Source: Tricharina praecox (taxonomy: Eukaryota). From it: 64,000 nucleotides of DNA. Location of the stretch: the NCBI RefSeq assembly GCF_024521635.1, contig NW_026250403.1, positions 2,170,001 to 2,234,000 of the forward strand, written 5' to 3'. Below are positions 22,074 through 36,800 of the stretch, piece by piece (positions within the stretch are counted from its first letter, which is position 1; each line of letters starts with the position of its first letter). The notes under the pieces are model-generated. The model saw only the letters and a list, made by a program, of their open reading frames with translations. It was not told where the DNA came from and did not search any database. Position numbers and translations under genes: made by a program.

Positions 22074-22454
22074 CGGGTTCTTTTTGGGTTTGCGTGCTGC
22101 TTTTTGTTAATGGGTATATGGTGTTACACATGGGATTATTGATGTTTATGATCCGACTTCGAGATAGTTTCATAGGAGACTTGGGATGGTAGATTCATGT
22201 AGGCGCAAAGTTAGTCCTCGGACGTCCAATACAATAGTTTGTCTTTAGGGCCGCAGCAGCAGTCAGGCCTGTAAGTAAGCAAAGAAGATGAGACACTCTA
22301 GACCGGCGACTGGAGAATGGACATCCCATGCTACAGTCCCTCACGATTCCTCACTCGTGAAATGAAGGAGTCGAACTTCCTCAACTGTAAACGCAGCACA
22401 TGACTGCACTCCAATTACTCGAAAGCTCAAATTACATCAGTTCTTTTACTGCTG

Positions 22455-23649
22455 GCGCAACCTAATTAGGTTGTGACCAGCCACATTGACCGAACAGTTT
22501 CTATCCACGGTCCTAGTACATACTACATACGATCCACCGAATGCCGGCATGTCTGCATATGCTCGCTTCCACCACAACCAAAGTATTGAACACAGGTGTG
22601 GTAGAAGGGTGCATTTTGATATACGTCCATTGATCTTCGTGGGTTCGGTTGGTGTCCGCCGGATAGTCGAGTTGCTGGTTTGTTGATCCGTCGTGATGTC
22701 GCCGGGTACGTGATCCCAGTTGTTGTCTTCTGTGCGGCCTGCGTTACGTCCGCACTCCCTCCCCACAAAATTCCCTGAATGAAGGCTGTAGGTTCATTAG
22801 TATCCGCCGCGTAAGGTGTTGTCCAGTTGGTCCCCAGGTTCCCACCGTAAACGTCCACATGTTTGCTACCAAGGTTGTCACAGTCAAGGTATTGAGAACC
22901 AAGATGTGACGTGTGGACGATTGTTGGTGTACTTCTTTCGATCCGCGCTGGTAGTGACGTCCTGGTGCTCGTCGGATGGTTCCTTTCTTGGTAGAAAGAG
23001 TATCTACCAAGAGTGGTGTTGATGTTGGTGATCGTAGTGAGGAAGAGGAAGAGGAAGACGAAGAGAAGGAAGGAAGGAAGGTAGTAAGTAGGATGTGTGC
23101 GGTGGAAGAAGGAGCCCTAACTAGGGCTATCATTCAAAGGGTGGATAGAAACCGATACTAGCCAGCAGAACGACCCTTCAAAAGACAAGACCCACTTTCC
23201 AACTTCCAAGCCATCCGGCGATAGCTATAAAACCCCCCCTCTCCCCTCTCCTCCCATCTTTTTTCTTCAAGCACAGGCATGAGCAAAGCACAACAGCAGT
23301 GGCAAGAGTAAAGAGCAAACACATAGCAGTGGCAAGAGCACAGCGGACTGACATAACGCCCCTTACGTGGTTGAGGTTTTTTCCCTTCGGATTTCCTCTA
23401 AAAAAACATCACCTTCCTGGCTGCAATGCGAGGAGACGAGGTTTTTTGTGGTCCATTACTACATAGGCTCCGTGCGAGGAAAGCACATCATGCCTGGTGG
23501 TAGTTATGGGGCCGATAGAAACCAGCATTGCTCGCTCGTCTGTTTCCGACTGCGTAGGTTGACCGATGGATTGGAAAGTAGCAAGGTCAACATAAGTATG
23601 TATAAGACCATTCAACTCGCGAGTGGCAGATTTGGCGGCAATCCACAGA
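22455..23649 (-). mobile_element. Dispersed repeat of about 1.2 kb, copy A (unclassified, probably TE-derived)
   Basis: Reverse complement of 50954-52168. The stretch about 23270-23570 is almost identical, and the remainder is diverged with indels. Confidence 0.85.
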
Positions 23650-26600
23650 TCGAACATTCCGGTATGCCGTATGACCTTCTTTCTAGATTGCTACTCCAAA
23701 GTCACAGTGACCTTTATAGTTAGGGAATTCTGTAGTTTTCTCTTCTGCGGGCTCCAAATCCTTTCCTCCTCAGCTGACCTCTGAATCGAGTGACGGATTG
23801 GACTGTTTGAACGAGGAAACAAAACCCGAGAGATAACTTTAAAGTACCAGGTCAGGTACTCTTCTTATTTCTCTGTGTACCTATACCACCGCAGTGCCCA
23901 TTTACTTTCCATGTCATAGGGAAATGACACGGAAATGTTGCCACCGCTGGCGTCCACGAACAGACCATTCGATGGGTAGTTCATGTTCTTGCACGACAAA
24001 CACTGGTTCTTCGGATCGCGGACCGAGAAAGAGCGCGCGGATGACTACGTAAGCAGGCTCTGGGTGGATACCCGGGAGCGTGTGAGGGGGAGTGAACCGT
24101 CGGCTCATGACGGCGGACGCTCGTGGCATCATTCAAACGTGTTTCGACCGGGAGTGCGTGTTCACGATCACGAGCACTCATCCGGATTCCACCCAATACC
24201 TGCGGCATCGTGGTGGTACTTACATGGTATCGATACATGGTACATACCAGCCCGTAGTTAGCGGTCACGATCCGTGAGGCTGTGACCTCCCCTCCCCCTC
24301 CTTCCCATAAGCCACGCGAGCAGCGTCGCCTGTGGCGGGTGCGGTGGGTGCGGTGTCATTTCGGCGCGGCCTCAGTTGATTGATTGACCAGCCTCCAATT
24401 CCAATTCAATCTTCAATTCCGATCCCAATTGCAATTACAATTCCAAATACCAATTCAAAGCCCATGCCTCCGGAGGACCAGCCGCGGCACTTGACACGGG
24501 CTTTGTTTTCTTCTCCTCCTGGAGACGATTAACCGAATGCCCTACCCACCTATGTACATATACCTGCAGAGTGCGGCAGCGGGAGATCTGCTGACCAGGT
24601 TAAAGCAAATAGAGTAGCTGTCCCGGACGTTTCCGATACAGCTTGCCGCTGTTACATGCCGGAACCTGCGGTGCGGAGATATCTTATTCCGGCGGAGTTC
24701 CGGTATACTTTCGAAGGCTGTTTCATCGCCTGGGCCCTCCGCACCCGCACCCGAGCGCCTCTGTTTCTACGCGATGGGCTTCGTGTCGTTGTTATGTACT
24801 CGTCCAACCGATCTGTTTGGAGTGTATGGGCTGTTTGTTTGATCGTCAACTACGTCCCCCCTACCGTATCCAGATCGTAGCGATATACTACAAGTAGTAT
24901 AAACTCCGTTTCCATATCCACTGGAGGAGGGTGTGAGTGACCACTCATGCATAGCCGAAACGACAACCACGGTGGTCTCAGGGAAGATCCCATACCATCC
25001 CATACCATACCGTCCCATTCCATACCATCCCGTCCCATCCCGTCCGCATTTTGCAAATCCATACATACATCCCAGCTTTACGCCGGCAGCTGTCAACTAT
25101 TTTGGTAGAGTAACACCACCGGGCCGAGCCGATAAACAGCGGTAGTTATTTAGTTGACCTCTGGAGACGAACCATAGATCAGCGTAATTACGTACGTATG
25201 TAGAGTATGTATGGATGTACGTATGTATGTATAGTACAACCGCGAGCCGGGAGATAACCTCCTCCTCCTCGTCGTCGTCGTTATATATTGGCTGTTACTA
25301 CCGTAACGAGCATCTGCCGCGCACACACAAGTGACAAGTCCGACTCCCGAGAACCGTCCCGTACCGGCCGCTCATATGTAGCCATATCCATATACGGTAC
25401 CTCTCGGCTAACCGACTGACTGGCGGTAAGGCTGTGGCTGTGGCTGGGGTGATGAGGCGGTCAATGGCCGTTCCCGAAGGCCAATCTCCGCCCGTTCCCG
25501 CACCACCATCACCATCGCCGCCGCCTCTGGCCGGCTGGCCGTGACATGACACGACATGATCCGATGCGATCCGCCAGGAACCCCCCCGCCGCGGATCCCG
25601 CCCCATGCACGCCACTCGTTATGAAACTGTACACGTGCGGGCATGATCCCATCATGCTCATCACCGCCTGCCGCCGCCGCCAGCTTTGGGAGCTGCTCGC
25701 ATGGGACTGACTGGCCAGTGTGCGCTTCCCGCTTCCCGCTTCCCCGTGTATAGTTACAGCATGATACCTGCGTGGTTCGAACTTCGGAGATCATTGCCCT
25801 TTCGCTCGCTGTACCCTTTCTCTCCCCGCCCGCCGAGCGTCGAGCGTATACTACCTACCTACACTATAGTAGGTACAGCAAGCAACCGACCGCCCGACCA
25901 CCGCCCCAGCTCCCCGCCGTTCCGGTGGGTTCAGTTTCACGGCACATCACTCACGTCGCTTCGGACAACAGCGGGTCTTTGTTCCATGTTCCATGCCCCC
26001 CCGTTCGTTCGTCGTTCGTCGTTCGTCGTCCGATGGCAGAGGAGCTCCAAGCGGAACTCGGATCGGAGAATTAAAAGAAGGTGTGCCCTGCCCTAGTAGG
26101 CACCAGGTACCTACCTGGGCATATTCCACCTAGCTAGGTATTCTATTCCCCCCCCCCCCCCCCCCAGGGCAGGGCAGGGCAGGGCAAGGTTTGCACATGT
26201 TGTTCGCAGTACCTCCCCCCAACACCCCACCCCACCCCTGGTCGGATCTACGGGCTTGAGTAGAAAATGGCCTGGGTACATATGGAGGTATGGGCGACCC
26301 CCTTGTAGGAAATACTCAAACTGCCGCACAGAACTGCGCTGCACTGCGAGGCGAGGCTCGGAGGGATAGAAGGTCCGGACCCGTGGGTGCTGGTACTGGC
26401 GGAGGGAGGAAACATCCGGGCGTTGACGCATGTATGTACCAAGTATGTATGTATGTGTGTGATGTATGTAGGTATTTACGGCTGGGCTGGGCTGGGCTGA
26501 GGTGAGGGCATGTATGTACCTACGTCAACATGTATCATGTATCATGTATCATCGGACATGCCTTATGTACAGGGCGTGATGAGTAACATGTACATGAAAA

Positions 26601-29600
26601 GCAAGTAATCCGTTCAGCCCGGCCCCAGAGCAGGGACGATCATACATATCAATCCTGTGAGCACATTGGACATTGGGGTCCCTTCTGCTGACAAACAAAC
26701 AAAACACAAGCCGGAGGCCCGGAGTTTGAAGCTCGAACGAATCGATCACACGACCATCCAGCACTCACCGAGTCACCGTAGAAAAACTATCTCCGCAAAC
26801 CCCGTACCCTACTCTCCTCTAGAGTACCGGTAACTACGGTATGTACGGTATGTACGGTATGTATGTGCGGTATGTACATGTCGAATTGACTCGATTTCGA
26901 ATCGAACAGAATTGTGAATTGAATTGCGAATTGGGGATCTTATTGCCGGGGGGGAAGGCAGGCGGCAGGCCACCAGGCACCACCTCCTCTCCTCTGGGCA
27001 CCGGTGCGTTTCGGAGTCCATACGATACGATATGATATGAGAACAGTGGCAGTGGCAATCACAATGCACCGTACTGTACGGTACTGTAGAGCACCGGTAT
27101 GTACGGTACCTACCTACCTACTTCCTACCTACGCCCGCCCTGAAACGCGCCACCCCCCCCCCCTCTTCCCCCACGCCATAATCGCCAGAGAGGAAAGGAA
27201 AGGTAAGGAAACAGACGCTCGGCAAACAGACCCGTAAACATCCGTACGTATGGTGGCTGGATAGGCATCTATGTATATAGTATTATCTACCTACATATGT
27301 ACTCTATCTCTCGGATCTCCCATCAAAACAATCAATGCAAAGCCTTCTTCTTTTCTCGGCGTGGGGGGTTCGGGGGTTCCTTCGGCCCTTCGTCGTAGCT
27401 CGCCTACCTACTGCTCTAGTAAATCCCCCACGCACGCGCTGTAATCTGAGAGCAGGTAGGTACATAAAGGAGATATATGAAATGTATGTACACCATCGGC
27501 TGGATCTGAACAGTGGACGATGCGGAGTGTAGAGTAAAGTGCTCAGTATTCACAGCCGAGACTAGAGGAGGCGCTTTAATCCGTATTAGAGTAAGTTTTA
27601 CCAGCCAGCCAGCCTTGTGTCGAGAAAGCACAGTCCGGGCAGGGGAGTACGGTAGGCAGTTAACTATAGAAAGAGGCCAGATAGAGAGTCTCAGGAAGCC
27701 CCCGTAAAGGTAACCAACGCCCGCTAGAATAGTTACAGAACTAACCTAGCATCTCACATTCAATTTCACCATCGTCAGCCGCTGCAGAATTGATGGCTCG
27801 TGAATTCGTCCCTGGCTCCCAGCGAAAGAAGAAGAAAAAGGAAGGAAAAAAGGTTCTCGAACGCTCGCCTCGAGCTGGCCAATGGGCGTATGTCCGGGAC
27901 ACGGGCTGTGACAGCCTACAGGCCACGCCACTCGGCCCTGGCGCCACCATTGCCACTGCTCGGATGAATGATTCCGCTCCACTCGATTTCCTCCCCACTC
28001 GACGTCCCCGGTGGCGCGGTCACCGACGACGACGGCAGAGAGCTGCGAGCTGCGAGCTGCGATACGACATATTGCTAACTAACGTCGAACTAAGCCTCGT
28101 GGCTTCTCGTGTGCGACGTCATGCACGGGATGAACACCTGTAGGAGGATGAATCGTGGGAGTGAAGTTTTATCTGGGTATCTAGAGCCTAGAGTATCCAC
28201 ATATCTCGGTGGTTAGCTACGGTAATAGGTAAGTAGATGTAGATACCGGTACATGCCTCGATGGTGCTCTGTGCGAGCGCGTGCTGCCCCCCACTCGGAC
28301 CGTCGTGCCTATCGAGCCCGACGCTCGCGCCGGATGTTCTTCGGAACTTTGGCAGCCATGCGGGTTCTATGAGCACCGTACATCATAGGTACATACTAGT
28401 GCATACTCTACCTGAGAGAACGAAAGCGCGCCAGCGACGGTAGTTGCTTGCATTGAATCATCGGTGGAGACGGCAGTCGTTCCCATCGTATGGTACGGTA
28501 CGGTACATACCGCCGTTGCCACTCAAGGTCCAATCTGCGAGGGATCGATCCAACAACGCGCGCTCCCGCAGGAATGCAGCAGCGACTGCACAGTGCAGCG
28601 GCATTTGTTCTTTCTGGGAAACCCATAGAGTAGATAGTAGGTTATGCACGCACGCACGGCTTCTAGGAGGCGTCTAGGGGGACCACGGTACCGAGAAAAG
28701 AAAAAACCCGTGGGGGGTCGCCGTCGTGGTGCAGAATCCAAAGCCGTCAAGATCATCGCCACGGAACCGTCCGTGCAGTGCAGTACGACGAGATCAGCCT
28801 TAAATCCTTGATCGGTGCGTAGGTAACCAAGTAGATATGCCCTCTCGATCGACAGCGGTCTTCCAAATGTCTTTCCGAATCGGTTTCATCATCAATAGAG
28901 CGCCCATCCATTGCCGGGGATAAGTTGTTAATCAGAGTGAGCTCCGAACTTCGACGACGTACATAGATACGGCAGTTAGGTAGACGAACTGCAGGACAAG
29001 ATGGCTGTGATAGGTATCCAGCCGCACTTTCCAATCATGACAAAAAGCGGCCCGGGAAGAATCAGCACAAAGTTGCCTTTCTCGGCCCTATCGAAAAATA
29101 TTCACCTGCCTACATTCCGGGTGGGCGCGTGCTTTTTTTCACGTAGAGTGGAGCGGTTCATCTGACGCATCATCATCAATCGTTTTCGCGGTTAGGATGC
29201 TCGGTACGCGAGATCGATCGATCGGGATCCCCTTCCTTTTCCTCCTCCCTTTTTCCTTCGACTTTCTTCTTTGCTGTTGCCTTATTTGTCCCTGGGCAAA
29301 ATAAGCATAGACTTGCCGCATCCAGGCAAGGTTTCATCGCGAAGAAGGCAGGCTAGAACTTCAAGGCAGAAATTGGATCACTCATGAACCCCGGGGTTTG
29401 ATTCAACGCCCGCGGTGCCGAACAACCATCATACTAGACAGGTTTCGCAGGGCCTGAGGGATCTCTGTGAGCCGTGTTTTTAGCGCGCCGAGCCCTCACG
29501 TGAAAAAAAAACACCTTTCGCAACTTTGCGGTGCGGTGCGGTGTGGGCTGAGCGAAAGTGGACTACTCTAAACATTAGCGGCTTTTCTAGTATAGACTCA

Positions 29601-30370
29601 GTAAAAATTCTCCGGGACAGGGGAGAACAGAGTACAGCGGCGGCGAGAGGAGAGCAGAGCACGACAGTATAGAGAGGAGTACTCCAACATCTCTGCGATG
29701 CTCATAGCGAAGGCCAGCGTCGTCGCACTGTCGACATGAACTTCAATGCGGGTTGGAGAGACTCACCGCGCGGTATCTCTAGCGTGAGGGATCTCAAATT
29801 TAACCTGTAGCGCTTTTTTGTCACCTCACTAAGCCTAAAACGATCCCGCAAACCATCCCTCACGACCTGCGAAACCTGTCTACTAAACCATATCTACCCA
29901 TCATCCGTCCACAACGGAATCGCATTCCTCGTGTTCGAGAACATGCAGGGTACTCCGCCTCTCCACCCCCCACAGAAACGTGTGCTCTCAACACGACTGG
30001 ACTGGATAGGCAGAAGTTGCTGCATCATCTTCTTCTCAAACCTACGCGGAATCCCCTAGTGGCCCTTGGTCGCCCACTTTTTAGCGCCTCTCGTTCCGAG
30101 TCCATGTGAAGAGTGACTCGATGATAAACGTTGAGCACGCAGGCTACTGTATCGTTGGGCACATGTGGACCCTGGGGTTGCTCGCATACACCGGTCATAT
30201 TGCTTCCTTCCCTCCCCCCACCCCCTCCGCCGTGCCCTATCTGACTCGGCTGATACCCCATGTTTTCACTGCCTCGCAAAATACAGTGAAAGAAAGGGAC
30301 TCGTCGCAAATAGAGTGGTAGGTCATGGCATTATCGGTGAACGAACGAACGGTAGGTCCCAGATCCTCAC

Positions 30371-31424
30371 TCATTCGTTGCCGTCAGGCTCTCCGCCATC
30401 CCGCGCAGCCTGACTCATAGTGATCCAGCGATCAAACAAGTCAACCGTATCTCCGCCAGTCTTGTCCCCAGCCTTTCCTTTTCCCTTCTCCTTCCTCTTC
30501 TCTTTGCGTGTGACCACGAGGCAGAGCACCTTGTCGTAGATGGTGAAGCCCTCGTACTCGGTCCGAAACTTGACCTTTTCCTTCTTGTCCTCCGTTCCTG
30601 GCTCTCCCAATTGCGTCTCAGCTCGCCGACCCCGTGATGGAGGAGGAGGAGAACGACGGGGAACGAAATCGTCATCCGAGTCGGAATCGCCAGGTCCAGG
30701 GAGGAATAGCGGTTCCTCCTCCACGCCGGCCGGCGGCGGCGGCGCCTCGGGAATGTCCATGATTTGCATCTCGTCATCCGCATCCTCCTCTTCGCGGATC
30801 TGCACTACGGGCGAGGACCTCGCCGCGTCGGTAAGAGCTGTGGAATTTGACCTTATGGGAAGCGTCTTGACCTCGACGTCGCGATCCTTGCGGAGCACGG
30901 CATGCAGCGAACCCGCACCGGTAAGGTACATGGCGGCCTCGAAGTCCTCTATTACAGTATCATTAATTAGAAACAACCGGTACATACATATGGGATGTGG
31001 GGGTGAGCATGTGTATGTGCGTGGGGGGTGAGCTCCACGTACCGCCGACGACGACCTGCTTCTCCTTCGCCTTTACTCTGGCGGCGCCGCGCAGATTGCG
31101 CGCCTCCGACAGCATCGGCAGCACCAGGTGCTTAATCTCGGCAAAGACGCGGTCGATTGCGCCGGCACGCGTGAGCCACAGCACGTCTGCAGGATTGGGC
31201 ACGAAGACGCGGGCTTCCAGCACTCTGTGATCGATCGGCTCGTGGGTGAGGTTAGCTCGCTTTCGGGTTCGGTTCGGTCTCTCCCTCTTCCTCCCCTCTC
31301 TCCCTCACTCCCCCCACCCCGCTCAGCCCTGCGGGCGTGCGCGGATATGTACGATACATGGGGGGCTGTATGTAGCTACATACGTGTATTTGGAGACGCG
31401 GACATAGCGGCGGAGAATTGGCAT
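30371..31424 (-). CDS. Conserved ascomycete hypothetical protein (exons 31424-31384, 31224-31043, 30948-30371)
   Basis: Spliced product begins MPILRRYVRVSKYTVLEARVFVPNP..LVLPMLSE..EDFEAAMYLT..HAVLRK and ends ..KFRTEYEGFTIYDKVLCLVVTRK..WITMSQA. Introns GTATGT..GCTAAC..CAG (31383-31225) and GTACGT..CTAAT..TAG (31042-30949) keep the frame. Confidence 0.82.
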
Positions 31425-33761
31425 CGTGCACGTGTGCGTGTGTAGTGCGGTATGTAGTGGAGTGTCTTCACCGTTTGCTCTAGATATAGCACCTCGCTGC
31501 CGGTGTAGAATGATTGGTGTATGGTAGAGTAGTGCGACCTTTCCGAAGCGAAAGCGAGGAGCCGAGGCGAACGTGGTGGGCTTCACTGGGGAGCGAATAC
31601 GTTGGCGAAGTCACCATGTCTCGATGCGTACACGTGTGCAAGTGTTAAAGCCGCAAATAATAATGTGGCCTCGCCTCGAGCTGACACCCACCACCAAGCC
31701 TGTCACGCCGTCATGAACGCTCACTCACCCGGGCTGCTTACCTCGGCTGCGGTCTCGATTGTAATCCCGAGAGTGCGTGCGTGCGCCGAACTTCGCGGAA
31801 GCTGAGAAAGCAAGAAAGCGTGGGGGGTAAGTGGCGTGACGCCTCTCTCACTATTTTTTTGAATCTATTTCACGGAGCTGCGGACGCAGGATTCATCCGT
31901 AGCCGTAGATGTGTGTGCTATGTAGAGTAACGATTACAGAGCGCCGCTCAGGTAAGCTGGATGGATAGACATCAACCGAACGTTAGTAATGTACTGGCCC
32001 GCGACGATATGAATCGTGCATTATCTACAGACATCCATCAGAGCTCTATACCACCAACACCCCACGCTGAACCGACCCTGCCTGAAGGCTGAGTGTCAGT
32101 TAACGTCGACGTTACAGATTGATTTCAGCAATCTGCTTTGCTACCGGCGGCAGCGGGAGAAATGCGATAGTTATCCCGCGTATGTAGAGTCGCGGAGCTC
32201 AGGGCTGGACTGTCGCAGGTATGTAGGGAAGGGAAGGGAAGGCAATGGGCTGAGCTGAGCTGAACGGAGCTGAACTGAACTGCTTGCCATGCGCTGCGTC
32301 GTCGTCGTCGTCGTCGTCAGCCCCGACAGGTTGTAATGTAAACATGTAGGATCGAAGTATGAGGTATGTACACAAATATGATTGCCTATGTAGAGTACAC
32401 ATGGGGGGTGGAGCATCGCGCGGGGGTAGCAGCCGTTAATGTTCCTGGCGTCCGACTGCTAACATAGCGGTGCCCATCTCTTACTGTAGTAGTTAGTGGT
32501 AGTACTAATAGTGGTAACACGGAAATAACATCCGTGCATCACTCTTTTTTCGAAATAAAATCGCGGTACCGAGTTACCCGCGACCACATATTCATACATA
32601 GCGGCCAGTGAAACAAACAACTGACACCACCACCACCACACCATCACCGAGCTTACATATGTCCCTCCGAATCGCGCACGGCCGCGAATTCGCTGGTGCG
32701 CGTCGTCTTGGGCCCCCCGACCCCGACCCTTCATCTGTAGGATCGTCAGGAGCCGAGTTTCAACTCAACACGAGGGGGCACGGACTGCATGTTGCAACAC
32801 CGCCACCACCTCTACAAACGTGGTGTCGAGTGAGTGAGTGCGTCGATCGAGAAGGGGGTTGCTCACTGCTCGGAAAAGACGGGCTAAGGAACGTGATTTG
32901 GAGGGACCGACTTTCGAGCCCGCCAGCATCTTTGCACGGGCACCGTTCTCACGATCGAAACGGCGATACCCGCTCAATCACCGAAAGGCGGCCATTTCCC
33001 TGCCTCTCTGTATGTATGACGAGCCCTGCTTCCACGTGGATCTTGGACGATCAACTCGAGCTGTCCACAACTACCCAGGTACTCAGCTACGAGAGCTCCA
33101 CTCGACGGCCAGCAGTATTCCCAATTACTTCATTCGATCCCCCGCCCCATGTACCTCAGTACCTGAGTATGTAAGACTCAGCTCGGCCATCCCCAACTGA
33201 TCACCGGTATCCATAGCACTTAATACCTATACGGCAGTCGACTCCAAGTTTCTATTACGGTACCGCCAGTGTACTCTGTAGTAGAGTCTCCTCGGATACG
33301 ATCGTAAGCCGTGGGGTCCGAGACTCGCAGTTTCGCATATCCAGATACCAATTAGTAGAATACCCATAAGAATAGGGTGCCGGAGTAAATCAGCTCCGCG
33401 TCGGCGAGGACACAGTGTTTGCTTGCCGTAATGCTGCCGTTCCTACTTTGTATGTATTGTACCTGTTCCGGGCAAGCCGTCCACCCGCCTGCGGTCCTTT
33501 ACCCCAAATCGCCGGGACGAAGCCGTACCCATCGGGCGTATGTACCTAATGCATATGGGCACAGTATGTATGTTTTTTTGGCCACAGCTTCCAGCTCCTC
33601 CGAGTCCGACTCCGAGTCCGGACATGAGACGGCGCTACCGTATGTTGGTACTCTAGAGGTAGGTATCGCGTTTATCTGTAAGGCGCGACGACGCCTCTCA
33701 TGGATTGAGGGGGGGGGGGCTGTGCAGTTCACGTCTGCCTGACTTTGTTCCAGGGGAGAAG

Positions 33762-33808
33762 GGGATAGGGATAGGGATAGGGATAGGGATAGGGATAGGG
33801 ATAGGGAT
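33762..33808 (+). repeat. (GGGATA)7 microsatellite
   Basis: Seven perfect hexamer units plus a partial unit. Confidence 0.95.
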
Positions 33809-36800
33809 GAGGATGCAATTATCTACCTATTGGGTAGAGGGAGCTGATACATATCATACAGAAATACATACGAAACTTGGATTCACCGTGCCGTTGCATG
33901 CATTGCATGCACTAATACATAACCTCCCTATGTATTGCATTATTGCACGAGTTCCGTGTCTTCAAGTAGAGATTGCCATAGCCCAAAAAGCTACATGATC
34001 ACCACTCTACGCGTACGCGAGCTGTAAGTAGAGTGTGCATCAAAGTAGAGCATCTCGCCGCCACCACCGCCGTCGCCGCCGCCGCGCGCATCCTTCATAC
34101 ATGGCAAATTATGTAACTCCCTAATGAAGTTTGACCTGAGCAGCCCCTAGGAGGTACTTTTGTATGCATAAAGTACTTTCCCTATGCACGTTTTGGTTTT
34201 TTCTTTCTTTTCGCGGAGACATTGTGTAGAGTACTAGCACTTATACCGTATGTTCTCCATATAGGAGTTACATACAGGAGTTACATACACGAGTTACAGA
34301 GCAGCGCAGAGCAGAGCAAGGGATGGACGAACGAACAAACGTCAAAAAAGCCCGTGCATCTCCCTCTCCCCATTTCCCAAAGCCCATCTCCCCACCCATT
34401 TCCCCAATACGCATCTCTCCCATCTCCCCCATCCCCAGGGCCCATCCCCTCCATCTCCCCAGGGCCATCTCCGCAAAACCAAATTCGACGCGACACGACA
34501 CGTGTGACCCCTGGCATACTTACACAAAGGAGAGAGGGAGGGAGCCAGGGAAACCCACCCCTAAAAAGAAAACGTAAAAGGAAAGCCGAAAAGGAAAAGG
34601 AAACTAAAAAAGAAACGAAAGGAAAGAGAAAAAAATATCCCAACAGCTTTGAGCTCACGCTTTCCATGCGTGTGTGCGCGCCGTGCGTGCGGGCGAACGT
34701 GCGACAGAAGTAAGGGATAGGGCCAGTGGGCCACGATGGGTTGGGAATACCACGCGAGTTGCCTTGGTACCTTGGTATCATACTTGCTTACCAGTATGAT
34801 ATCCCGTCCCTCGTGGAAAGAAAAAAAAAGGGACTGCGGTGGGGAATTCAACGTGGACCTCCTTTCCAATCCAGTCCCGTCCTGTCCTGACGATTCCTGT
34901 CCTGACGATTCCTGTCCTGACTAGTCCAGTCCTGCATCGAAAAAGCAAAAAGAAAAGAAGCCAAAAAGAAAAAGGGCCAAAAGAAAAAAGGGCTAAAAGC
35001 AGAATAGCTAAAACAAAAAAAAGAAAAAGAAGGGGCGTGAGTGGCCAATGCCATGGTGTTCCCACATGGTGTTCCCACCACATGGCACATCGTAGCGGGA
35101 TAGATATCGATTTCTTCGATGCTCTCACATCGCCTCAGCGACGGGTGTGGAGGGACGGACGGATATGGACGGGCCAGTGGGTGTGGATGGATGGATGGAT
35201 GGCCCAGTGGGTAGGTATCAATGATCAGCCTATCCATACACATACACATACGTCCAAGCTGAACATTGATTCCAGCTGCAAGTCCCATCTGCAAGCCCCC
35301 AGCTGCAATCCTGCAATCCTGCAAGCCTCAATGTCTGCTCAGTGCTGCATCAGTGCATCTTTCTCGTCTGAGTCTTGACAAAGGCCTTCGGCGGACCGGA
35401 ACGCTCGTGGCTGTCTGCATCTATGCGCATCGTGATCGTGGTTCTCGGCTGGTCTTCAAACACCGAACCGGGGCCGGAGCGGAGCCGGAGCCGGAGCCGG
35501 AGCGCCACCCTGATGTGTCCGACGGGAACATACTTACGGGCTACGTGGTAACCAATGACGATCTCTACATATCATATCATACATACCGTAGTACCGTAGT
35601 ATCTACCGTAGTATGTCTGTACCTATCCCGCGTCACGATCGAGAAAACGAGACCCTCAGGTTCTCCAACCAAGGTCTCCGTGGAAGTAGAAGTGGACTTC
35701 TTCTCTGAACTTTCAGGGTACATCTCATTGGTAGGTACAAACCGTACCTGCATGCGGTAGTTCGTCCCAACTTTTACAAAATTGCGGAGAAGATCTAGAG
35801 CTACATATCCACGTTCCCAGTCCCCACTTGCAACCCCCCAGAACACGGAGTTCCTGAGAGCGCGCAGGCTAGAGTAAAACTAGAGTAGCAAACCGGTGAA
35901 CCTGAACCTGACCTGACCATCATCAGGATTGCGGTTTCTGCGTGCGAGCGAGCGGTCCGCACTAGGAAACTAGGCACGATGTGTACTAGACAGGTACATA
36001 GATACTCCAAGTCCAAGCAGAGAAATTTTGCCGCGCCGTTCACGGATATACCTTGGTAACTAGTATGTACCCGTACTTAGTGCCAGTTATGTATCATAGG
36101 GCTTCACGTCTCTGGTTCGTTCTGGTCGGCGTCCAGGCCAAGTGAAAGTGCCCTTTGAAGGGCAAGGGCAAAAGGCAAAAGGGCAAAAGGGAAGCTGATG
36201 GGAATTGCTTTTGTTTTTTTCTCGCGTGGAACATGCAAATGTCGAACGACGCCCCCCAATCCCATCCCCCCCTCCAAGCCCCCCTCACTTGCTTGCTGCG
36301 CCGTTCTCAGCTTGCCTGCTTGTTGTTTGCCCTTTGTGTGCCTTACCGGACCCGAGGAACCGACACGACTCCGCTGCCAGTAGGTATGTGGGTAGGTGTA
36401 TGTACCGTATGTATGAAGGAGTGCATGAAGCACGTCTTTTCCCGATGATGCTGCTGCGTTATAGTGACTAGATCGTACCCACAGCTCGGGTCTGCCAGCT
36501 GTAGCGGTGGCCGAGAACGTCCTCGCGGGCTCCCGGGCTCCCACGACGATGATGACGGTGCATACCCGAGGAAGGTAGGTCGGTATGCATAGGTGCCTGA
36601 TCGAGAAGTTCTCTCTTCGGTACTGGATGTGCTCAGCAGCAGCACGGAGTGTGCATAAAGTTTGCCTCCGTGTATGTATGTAGAGTACACACGATACATG
36701 AGGAGCTCATTTGCCACTCGCGTCGAACGGTCTCAAATAGGTGGATGGGCAGAGAAACCAAGCTGCCGACCGAAGACGCTGGACGCAGCCGCTGGTGCGG

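Noticed and set aside
22472-23647. Solo-LTR interpretation of the 1.2-kb repeat (TGTG...CACA near the ends)
   Set aside because: No 4-6-bp TSD in either copy, and the homology between copies extends beyond the TG/CA points.
23983-24261. 92-aa ORF MFLHDKHWFF...
   Set aside because: No recognisable domain or consistent gene structure.
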